A DNA stretch of 36,177 nucleotides from a virus. Taxonomy: Duplodnaviria > Caudoviricetes. Each line of letters starts with the position of its first letter. The first letter of the stretch is position 1. Below are positions 27,641 to 33,972 of the stretch, one piece after another. A program made the position numbers and the translations under genes. Under the pieces are notes generated by a model. It was not told where the DNA came from. It saw nothing but the letters and a program-made list of their open reading frames with translations, and did no database searches. The stretch lies in IMG/VR virus record IMGVR_UViG_3300048611_000076, positions 1 to 36,177 of that record; one strand, 5' to 3'.

Positions 27641-28266
27641 TGCTCATCACCCTCAAATACAAATTGTGATCGCATTCCCTTGGGGATTGGGCGGAAATAA
27701 CTCCAGGACACCCCAGCATTTGACACAAACTCACCATCTGCTCTCAGCGTATGAAAAACTTCCGCATTGAATGGACCCGAAAAATCTTCCTTGTCGGAAA
27801 CCTCATACCACTTCCCCGGTATGAGCTGGAGCTTGGGGCGCTTTTTTATTTCACAGGCGTCGGCCCAGTAGGTGTTAAAGCCACTCCCAAATGGAGATGC
27901 AATCAGATACCTGCAATGCTCACCGTCCAACATCCCGGAATCCCATATGTGGACAATCTCACTCCCGTGATATTCATAGTCCTGGGGCCTTGAGCAATCA
28001 ATTTCCGGTTCTTGCGCCTCTTCCTCCCCCAGTACTTGGGAGACGGTTAGCTCGCGGCCTGTGAATGCACGACGGATGAAAGCCGGATGGGAGTAAACCG
28101 AGCCGTCCCTAACATCCAATCCTAGGTAATTGTCTATCCCTATAAGATCTGTCCATTCACGGCCTGATGATGCCTCTTCAAGCCCATCTTTCAGCCTCAT
28201 CCGGGTTTCGTGATCCACTCCGGAAATATTCACATAATCACCGTTCTGTAACTGTATCTGTCCCAT
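27637..28266 (-). CDS. Hypothetical protein
   Basis: ORF with GAGGAG RBS. Confidence 0.7.
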   Translation of the reverse strand: MGQIQLQNGDYVNISGVDHETRMRLKDGLEEASSGREWTDLIGIDNYLGLDVRDGSVYSHPAFIRRAFTGRELTVSQVLGEEEAQEPEIDCSRPQDYEYHGSEIVHIWDSGMLDGEHCRYLIASPFGSGFNTYWADACEIKKRPKLQLIPGKWYEVSDKEDFSGPFNAEVFHTLRADGEFVSNAGVSWSYFRPIPKGMRSQFVFEGDEQ

Positions 28267-28301
28267 TTCAAATCTCCTCGGTTGTTTTGGTGGGTGACTC
28301 G

Positions 28302-28715
28302 CTATTCAGTTATATATTGCTCAATATCCATCTGGATGCTTTCTATGAACTCCTTGGCATCCGCCGCCGCTCTTTCCTGAGCAGCCCTGCGGACAGCGGC
28401 AGAAACCTGTTTCGAATATTCACTTTTGAACGCATTCCGAAAGCCTCCAATCTCTTCCGGACTCAGCTTCACATTGCGCGCTATCCTTTTTGCTTCGCCT
28501 AACGCCTTCTGGCGAAATGCGTCGATCAGGACGGAATTTCGACCATTGCAATGGTCTATTTCATTCCGGCCACCACGCGCCTCAAGTCCCATCAGAGAAA
28601 GAGTTGCGCTTTCCAGGGCCCTACGAATCACCTTGTCTACATCCCCAAGGTATTTGGCGGCTTCCTCTTCCAGCTTCTTCTGGATTTTCTCTTTAGTTGT
28701 TAATTGCTTTGCCAT
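28302..28715 (-). CDS. Hypothetical helical protein
   Basis: ORF with GAGG RBS, downstream of its own promoter. Confidence 0.7.
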   Translation of the reverse strand: MAKQLTTKEKIQKKLEEEAAKYLGDVDKVIRRALESATLSLMGLEARGGRNEIDHCNGRNSVLIDAFRQKALGEAKRIARNVKLSPEEIGGFRNAFKSEYSKQVSAAVRRAAQERAAADAKEFIESIQMDIEQYITE

Positions 28716-28754
28716 CTTTTTTTCCTCATGTCCGCTTGTGTTCTAGTCTCAGTA

Positions 28755-28783
28755 TTTATATAGAATAAATTCCCACAATGCAA
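28755..28783 (-). promoter_or_regulatory. Promoter for the nin-like region with a putative operator in the spacer
   Basis: TTGCAT-N17-TATAAA; spacer contains TGTGGGAATTTATTCT. Confidence 0.65.
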
Positions 28784-28845
28784 GCCTGGCCCGTAGATTG
28801 GCGCCCTAGTCATCGAATAGCGTTTTTAGGGTGTCTAGAGTTTGC

Positions 28846-30228
28846 TCAGCCTTGAAATTGGCGGAACTTCGGCTCCGGCTTTGGCTCGTGAACTTCTGCG
28901 GTCCACACGTCCATACGGAAATGTGACAGCTTGGATTTCAGGAAATCAGTCCCCGGCTCGCCGCGTCGGTGCTTTGCGGTAATCACATGCACTAGACCTG
29001 GGTTGACCGGGTCGTCGCTGTCTTTGTCCTCGCGCCAGAGTAGGACAACAATGTCTGCGTCTTGCTCTAGGCTCCCAGAGTCGCGCAACTGCGACATGGA
29101 CGGCTTGCCGCCTTTCCCTGCTTCTCGGTTGAATTGGCTCAGCGCAATAACTGGTACGTCTAGCTCCTTCGCCAGGGCTTTCAGGCCTGCGGAAACACTG
29201 GCCACCTCTCGCTCCCGGCTCTGCCCGTCCCCGCGTACCAGTTGCAGGTAATCCACCACGATCAGCGACAGGGGGGATTTCCTGTGTGCCCGCCGCGCTC
29301 GGCTGGCAATCTGGTTGATATGGAGCGCACCCTGGTCGTCCACATCCATAGCTATCCCTTTGAGCTTGCCAACAGCTACTGACAGCGCGGTGCTGTGGTG
29401 GGAATAAAAATTCTCTCTGTCTTCCGGATTATCCGAATCCGCCAGGAATACCGGGATGCGGCCGACCTGGCCGACCATGCGCCGGTATAGCTCACGGCGG
29501 CTCATCTCCAGGGAGAAAACTAGAGACCGGTTTCCCTGTAGAGCATTGTGGGTTGCTATCTGCATGGCCGTTACCGTCTTGCCGGTTCCCGTTGTGCCGG
29601 CGAGGATCACAAGCTCCCCGCCGCGCAAGCCTTTCAGGCGTCTATCGACGTTATCCCAACCGGTATGGGTACGCCTAACCTGTTCCCCAGCCTCCAGGGC
29701 TTGCCAGTCTTGCAAGACCTCTTTGGCGGCGGAATCAATCTGTAGGGGCCCTAAGCCCGTATCGCGGCTTTTCTCCAGACCCGCTAGGGTAGCATAGGCC
29801 GAGGCTATAACGTCGCCCACAGGGCGTACAGGGGCGGCGTAGACAGCCTTCCCAGCCTCGTCCAGAGCTGCCAGCAACTGGCGCCGGTGACTGTGGTCGG
29901 CAACCATCCGGGCATAGGCTCGCACATTTGCGGCACCGGGGCAGTTTTCGCATAGCTCGGCGAGGTATACCAGGCCACCAGATGCCTCTAGCAAGTCGCG
30001 GCCCGTCAGATCCTCGGCTACGGTCACTACGTCCACCGGGTGAGACTGGGCTGCTAGGGCTTGGATGGCCCCGGCTATGGTGCGGTGCTGCGCACTCAGG
30101 AAATCTCCGTCTCCGACAATCTCTAGCACGTCCTCGATGCAAGCCGGGTTGATCAGCATCCCGCCCAACGTGTGTTGCTCGGTGGCGATAAGTGAATCCT
30201 GTTCCGATTGGTTTAATGGGTTGTTCAT
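28846..30228 (-). CDS. dnaB: Replicative DNA helicase
   Basis: N-domain EQ.TLGGML, Walker A GTTGTGKT, FSLEMS, IVVDYLQL, ALSQFNR, LRDSGSLEQDADIV, AKHRRG. Confidence 0.95.
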   Translation of the reverse strand: MNNPLNQSEQDSLIATEQHTLGGMLINPACIEDVLEIVGDGDFLSAQHRTIAGAIQALAAQSHPVDVVTVAEDLTGRDLLEASGGLVYLAELCENCPGAANVRAYARMVADHSHRRQLLAALDEAGKAVYAAPVRPVGDVIASAYATLAGLEKSRDTGLGPLQIDSAAKEVLQDWQALEAGEQVRRTHTGWDNVDRRLKGLRGGELVILAGTTGTGKTVTAMQIATHNALQGNRSLVFSLEMSRRELYRRMVGQVGRIPVFLADSDNPEDRENFYSHHSTALSVAVGKLKGIAMDVDDQGALHINQIASRARRAHRKSPLSLIVVDYLQLVRGDGQSREREVASVSAGLKALAKELDVPVIALSQFNREAGKGGKPSMSQLRDSGSLEQDADIVVLLWREDKDSDDPVNPGLVHVITAKHRRGEPGTDFLKSKLSHFRMDVWTAEVHEPKPEPKFRQFQG

Positions 30229-30971
30229 TATTTATCCTCCCATTGTTTTTCTGTGAAGAACCTCCCGGTTTGCATATTCTCGAACCGATTGAACCCCTCA
30301 ACACTATGCGCCTCAACCACAAACTCACAAATCTGGTTCACTTTTGCCCGATAGTCATCCTGGGTATGGGTCAACCAGTATGAGTGGTTGAACATGGGCT
30401 TCCACTTTTTCTCAAAAGTCTGGCGCTTTGCCGAGGTATCCACTTTGCCAAGTCGGTTTTTCTCCGCCTTCCAGGTTTTCCAGAAGTGTTCGAATCCCTT
30501 TTCAACAAGTTCCTGGCGGTGGGGTTGGTCGTCAGACCTACCATTTTCTTTATCTTGGTTAATGGTTAATGGTTCTTGGTTGCCTTCACGGTCGCTTTCC
30601 AGTGGCAACCCGATGGTAACCGACTGGGAACCCACTGGGTTTTTATGCCCGGATTTACTGGCTTTCGGGCGGCCACCCTTTTTCCCGTTTAGCCTATTTC
30701 TCTCTGCTATCTCATTGTACTTGGACAATTCTTGATCACATCTGTGGTGCCTCCAACCTTCTTCTGTCTTGATAAAGAAGTCATCAAGTATAGTTTGTAA
30801 GGTGTCGGTATCCACCCGCAACCGTCTGGCAACCCACTGGGTTTCCAGTGGGATAGGCTGCTCAGTGTCGTAATACCAGTCTAGCGCGCGGCGATAAGCA
30901 AGCTCTTCCGCATCCGACAGATGGGGTGTTGCGCTGCGGAAATCGCCGATATGGAAAGGATAGAAATTCAT
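30228..30971 (-). CDS. Replication initiator, YdaU/DUF1376 family
   Basis: MNFYPFHIGDF...T.HLS..E..AYRR.LDWYYDTE.P, NGKKGGRP; directly upstream of dnaB. Confidence 0.88.
   Translation of the reverse strand: MNFYPFHIGDFRSATPHLSDAEELAYRRALDWYYDTEQPIPLETQWVARRLRVDTDTLQTILDDFFIKTEEGWRHHRCDQELSKYNEIAERNRLNGKKGGRPKASKSGHKNPVGSQSVTIGLPLESDREGNQEPLTINQDKENGRSDDQPHRQELVEKGFEHFWKTWKAEKNRLGKVDTSAKRQTFEKKWKPMFNHSYWLTHTQDDYRAKVNQICEFVVEAHSVEGFNRFENMQTGRFFTEKQWEDK
30551..30852. other. Putative replication origin (iterons plus AT-rich repeats) inside the initiator gene
   Basis: 11-bp-period units AACC(C/G)NNTGG at 30596-30642 and 30820-30852; TGGTT(AA/CT) heptamers at 30555-30582. Confidence 0.6.
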
Positions 30972-30973
30972 CG

Positions 30974-31138
30974 TTAGCCCTCAAACTTCTTGCGGGCTGC
31001 AATGTCCTTGAATATTGCCTCAAGCAGCGTTCGATCATCCAGCAGGCATATGGCACTGGCAAGATCGACGTTATTGACGCCTAAATGGCTAGATACTTGA
31101 GATAGTAGGTGGAGTGTGAATTTGTCATCTGTGGACAT
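30974..31138 (-). CDS. 54-aa hypothetical protein upstream of the initiator
   Basis: MSTDDKFTLHLLSQ...KKFEG. GAGGG RBS lies inside a long hairpin; the stop is 2 nt before the initiator ATG. Confidence 0.6.
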   Translation of the reverse strand: MSTDDKFTLHLLSQVSSHLGVNNVDLASAICLLDDRTLLEAIFKDIAARKKFEG

Positions 31139-31275
31139 GCTGAGAACCCTCTGATCTCCGGCCCTGGGTGACTTGCCGCTGCAAGAGCTACCAAGGGACG
31201 GTAATGATTTACGGCACAGGAGCCGGAGATCAGAAGATTCTCAGCCCATGCAATTGTTTACACCGTGTCACCAGT
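31139..31275 (-). promoter_or_regulatory. Structured 5' leader of the replication operon
   Basis: GCTGAGAA/TTCTCAGC plus a 13-bp TCTGATCTCCGGC/GCCGGAGATCAGA stem ending at the ATG. Confidence 0.7.
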
Positions 31276-31285
31276 GCGTGAACAA

Positions 31286-31313
31286 ATTATACCCCTGTAT
31301 GAAACCGATGCAA
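31286..31313 (-). promoter_or_regulatory. Sigma70 promoter for the replication genes
   Basis: TTGCAT-N16-TATAAT. Confidence 0.65.
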
Positions 31314-31350
31314 TACCTTCCGTACTCGCTCGAATGAGAGGCCGGGCGCT

Positions 31351-32076
31351 CTAGTGTGCCACGGCCTTCAAAACTCCTTCCTTCAGAAGGCGCCCTGTGA
31401 GCCACTGCTCGCCCTTCCCGGTTATCAGAGGGGTATGGCCTATCCGGGTCTCTTCGTTGGCCTCATACGTTGTCTGTCGCACCTGGAAGTATCCCCGGTC
31501 AATGTATTCCTGTTTCGGCAGGTTGTGGCGGTCGCCGCCGCGCATCAGTATCCCCATATCGCGCAGGATCTCGAATATCTTGACCGGGCCCAGGCCGGAT
31601 GCTTTGGCGAACACTCCCAGCTTGACCCCCTTGTCAGCCAGAGAGACGCGCTCAGCGAAGTCTACGGCTGGCTTCTGGGCCTCGATCAGGGCCTGCTGCT
31701 GCTCTACCTGCTGGTTAAGGTCAGCAATTGCGACTCGAGCTTGTGGGCTTAGGTTGGCAATCCATGTTGGCTCTTTCGGTTTGGCATCAAGCCGCTTTAA
31801 CCTTTCCAGCACATTGCGGCGGACGGCCTTGGATTCACGCATAGCAACCAACATGCATTGGTCTTTGCTGAGAATGAAAGCTGTGGTTGTTGTCCCGTTC
31901 AAATTTTCTACTACCATTTTTTGGTAGTGCTCACCCTCAAGCTCATCGGAAACGCGATCATGGAAATGATTACGGCGCGCCTCTACCTGGCCGGCGTCAC
32001 GGCGTTCTTTGTTGATGATTTCGAGCAATTCAAGGCTGCCCATGGTGGGCTCTGAATCGGTGATAAGGTCTTGCAT
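31351..32076 (-). CDS. Antirepressor-type (Roi-like) protein with C-terminal ANT/KilAC domain
   Basis: QCMLVAMRESKAVRR N-domain; QKPAVDFA...NLPKQEYIDRGYF...TPLITGKGEQWL. Confidence 0.88.
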   Translation of the reverse strand: MQDLITDSEPTMGSLELLEIINKERRDAGQVEARRNHFHDRVSDELEGEHYQKMVVENLNGTTTTAFILSKDQCMLVAMRESKAVRRNVLERLKRLDAKPKEPTWIANLSPQARVAIADLNQQVEQQQALIEAQKPAVDFAERVSLADKGVKLGVFAKASGLGPVKIFEILRDMGILMRGGDRHNLPKQEYIDRGYFQVRQTTYEANEETRIGHTPLITGKGEQWLTGRLLKEGVLKAVAH

Positions 32077-32079
32077 AGT

Positions 32080-32260
32080 AGCTCCTTGTTGGTGTTAGGA
32101 GCTGGCTGGAGGCAAATAGCGGGCAAACAAAAACCCAGAAATTGACCGCCGTTGGTACCAGGGACTGAGAGGGTGACGAATCTCTCAGTATGCCAGCGGC
32201 CCATTTCTGGGCTCTTGTCGTCACTTTTTTGGTGCCGGGTACCAGCCAGCAATTCACCGC
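32080..32260 (-). promoter_or_regulatory. Attenuator-like leader of the antirepressor gene
   Basis: Long hairpin at 32134-32211 followed by TTTTTGTTT. A second hairpin AGCTCCT/AGGAGCT (32080-32103) sequesters the SD. Confidence 0.7.
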
Positions 32261-32262
32261 CA

Positions 32263-32290
32263 ATTATCCAAGCTTATCCCATGGAGTCAA
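32263..32290 (-). promoter_or_regulatory. Promoter for the antirepressor
   Basis: TTGACT-N16-GATAAT. Confidence 0.6.
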
Positions 32291-32646
32291 GCCCCTCGCT
32301 TAATCGACGCGCATCCAGCTATCACAACCTGGAACAGATCGGGCTTCCTTCGGCTCCAGTTGTTCAGGGTCTGCGGGCTCTGGCCGGTCATCCTGGAGAC
32401 CTCGGCGAGGCTGGAGAGCCCCGCCGCCTTGGCTTGTTGGGATGGGGTCATTACCCCCCCTGCATTAGGCGATTCCTGAAAGCAAGCCAGCCAGCGACCA
32501 AAGCTGCTTGCCATTTCCAACGGTAGCTTTTGTCTATGCCCCAAACGCAATAACGTTTCATATTGATAAATCCTCTTGTTGATTGATTTGTATACTACAG
32601 TGACCGCCGGCTTAGTTTTTTGACGGGGAAATTTTAAAATCCGCAC
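32287..32646 (-). CDS. Protein with C-terminal HTH (MTPSQQAKAAGLSSLAEVSRMTGQSPQTLNNW); a 54-aa stand-alone start at 32451 is possible
   Basis: HTH pattern; internal ATG preceded by a G-rich tract. Confidence 0.65.
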   Translation of the reverse strand: MRILKFPRQKTKPAVTVVYKSINKRIYQYETLLRLGHRQKLPLEMASSFGRWLACFQESPNAGGVMTPSQQAKAAGLSSLAEVSRMTGQSPQTLNNWSRRKPDLFQVVIAGCASIKRGA

Positions 32647-32828
32647 TCCGCAGACATCATTCGGAAGTCAGTGCAAAGATCCCCGGGGAGGCGCCAGGCT
32701 ACAGAACCCCAAAAAGCCGCAGGTACATTATTTTGAACCCAGGAGGCCAAAGCCTGCTGCTGGTCCTCTGTGGGCTCGGCTCCAAGTGCATCCAACCGGG
32801 CGTCAAGGCGTGATTCCCAAGCATCCAT
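32634..32828 (-). CDS. Hypothetical protein
   Basis: GAGGA RBS; possible promoter TTGCAT at 32883-32888. Confidence 0.55.
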   Translation of the reverse strand: MDAWESRLDARLDALGAEPTEDQQQALASWVQNNVPAAFWGSVAWRLPGDLCTDFRMMSAECGF

Positions 32829-32930
32829 TTATATATCCTCATTGCGTTGCCGACTTGCGTATAGTGCCAAACTATTTCACACATGCAAGCACTTTATCAA
32901 AATATTGGCGGAATATTCTCTCTATCCCTG

Positions 32931-32958
32931 TTGATTCTGTGTGAAGGGGATGTAAAAT
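32931..32958 (+). promoter_or_regulatory. Promoter of the tRNA/ncRNA operon
   Basis: TTGATT-N16-TAAAAT, 13 nt upstream of the first RNA element. Confidence 0.65.
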
Positions 32959-32971
32959 GGCTTTGCAGTAC

Positions 32972-33104
32972 GGGGAGGTAGCTCAAGCGGGCAATCAGGT
33001 TACTGTGATTAGTGTAAAGCCGGGATGCAGGGCGTAGCCCGAGGAACAGTAACCCTTGGCTCACCGGTGAAGACGCTGCCGGGTAGCGCTGGCCCTCTCC
33101 ACCA
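32972..33104 (+). ncRNA. 133-nt tRNA-like RNA with Ala acceptor identity and an expanded anticodon domain
   Basis: GGGGAGG/CCTCTCC-ACCA acceptor (G3.U70); TAGCTCAAG D-arm start; 9-bp GGTTACTGT/ACAGTAACC stem; GCCGG/CTGGC T-like stem. Confidence 0.7.
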
Positions 33105-33108
33105 ATTC

Positions 33109-33185
33109 GGGGACGCATGTACCAAGAGCGGCGACGATCCCTTGCAAGGATTGTGTGGTGGGTTTGATTCCCACCGTCTCCACCA
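33109..33185 (+). tRNA. tRNA-Ala(UGC) with atypical D-arm
   Basis: GGGGACG/CGTCTCC-ACCA (G3.U70); GATCC-CTTGCAA-GGATT anticodon arm; GTGGG-TTTGATT-CCCAC T arm. Confidence 0.8.
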
Positions 33186-33190
33186 ATTAT

Positions 33191-33275
33191 GGGGCGAACG
33201 CGCTGGTGCGGACGATTCAGCGGATATCAGCTGTATTCCGGTTTCGGGTCTGGTTCGATTCCAGAAGCTCCACCA
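33191..33275 (+). ncRNA. 85-nt tRNA-like RNA with Ala acceptor identity and no canonical anticodon loop
   Basis: GGGGC/GCTCC-ACCA (G3.U70); perfect TCTGG-TTCGATT-CCAGA T arm; CAGC-GGATATCA-GCTG 8-nt loop lacking U33. Confidence 0.7.
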
Positions 33276-33306
33276 ATTAACCGATCCGCTTCCGGTATAT
33301 GAGGTG

Positions 33307-33441
33307 GCATTGATTAGCGCTCGGAGCATGGTGTAACGGTAGCATCCGATTCTTAGGACTGTTCGGCGAAAGCCCATGACGGCAATGGCGATGGCCGTGG
33401 TGCCGGTTCGAATCCGGCTGTAACCGAGCGCTATTCAATGC
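33307..33441 (+). ncRNA. tRNA-elbow mimic (canonical D and T arms) on a 17-bp closing helix, no CCA
   Basis: GCATTGA-T-TAGCGCTCGG pairs with CCGAGCGCTA-T-TCAATGC; TGGTGTAACGGTAGCA D arm; GCCGG-TTCGAAT-CCGGC T arm. Confidence 0.7.
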
Positions 33442-33543
33442 GGTGAATGCCCAGTGGCGACGGGCAGCGAAACCAGTGTAGCGGCCCGAAGATGGACTGG
33501 AACACTTCTAGGGCAAGCCGGGATGGTTGCCGCCGGCACCGCA
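33439..33543 (+). ncRNA. Cloverleaf-like RNA with complementary (kissing) loops
   Basis: TGCGGTG/CACCGCA closing stem; TGCCC/GGGCA and GCCGG/CCGGC arms whose loops GGCGAC and GTTGCC can pair. Confidence 0.6.
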
Positions 33544-33549
33544 GACGAA

Positions 33550-33790
33550 TTGCAGCACCCAGGTAGGACCGCCATGCACGGCTACCTGGCTCTGCTGCAA
33601 CCCAATTGCAGCGTCCCCATTAGGGCGGGGACATGGAGGACGTCGGGTCGACCCTTGCAGGTCGCATCAGCGGCGCAACCACATGCCGGCTACCCGGTCG
33701 GAGCTGCAACCGAACATGGAATGATGCTGGCATACCGCGAAAACCATGTTAGTCAAACTTGATATGCCTGACTGCCGTGAATAGTGCGGC
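33550..33790 (+). ncRNA. Three further structured modules (hairpin 33550-33604, cloverleaf 33606-33709, hairpin/pseudoknot cluster 33713-33790)
   Basis: Stems paired by eye: TTGCAGC/GCTGCAA twice, CCAGGTAG/CTACCTGG, GTCCCC/GGGGAC, CGACC/GGTCG, AACATGG/CCATGTT, AGTCA/TGACT. Confidence 0.55.
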
Positions 33791-33796
33791 ACCTTA

Positions 33797-33873
33797 GCCC
33801 TTGTAGCTCAATTGGCAGAGCGCCCGGCTTGTAACCGGGAGGTTGCGGGTTCGAATCCTCGCCTCGGGCTCCA
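33797..33873 (+). tRNA. tRNA-Thr(UGU), imperfect acceptor stem
   Basis: TAGCTCAATTGGCAGAGC D arm; CCCGG-CTTGTAA-CCGGG; GGTTCGAATCC; encoded CCA. Confidence 0.85.
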
Positions 33874-33884
33874 CATACTAATCA

Positions 33885-33960
33885 GGGCCGGTAGCATAAC
33901 CGGTAGATGCAGCCGGCTCATAACCGGCAGAACGGGGTTCGAATCCCTGGCGGCCCACCA
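33885..33960 (+). tRNA. tRNA with CAU anticodon, probably tRNA-Ile2 (lysidine) rather than Met
   Basis: GCCGG-CTCATAA-CCGGC. Paired G1-C72 excludes fMet; C4-G69/C5-G68 are TilS-type determinants. Ends ACCA. Confidence 0.8.
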
Positions 33961-33972
33961 AATTCCAGGCAT

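Noticed and set aside
2340-31000. Alternative genetic code or stop-codon reassignment (suggested by odd tRNAs)
   Set aside because: All core genes are full length under the standard code, and there is no suppressor anticodon (CUA/UCA/UUA) in a canonical loop.
33109-33185. Reading this tRNA as Cys(GCA)
   Set aside because: The 7-nt loop CTTGCAA centres on TGC, and the acceptor has Ala determinants (G3.U70, A73) rather than the U73 of Cys.
32972-33275. A full or two-piece tmRNA
   Set aside because: Each element has its own complete acceptor stem and CCA. I see no tag ORF ending in an ALAA-like sequence and no pseudoknot series.
33713-33750. Hammerhead ribozyme (TGATG...CGAAA)
   Set aside because: The core is ATGATGC rather than CTGANGA, and a single stem closes both motifs, so there is no three-way junction.
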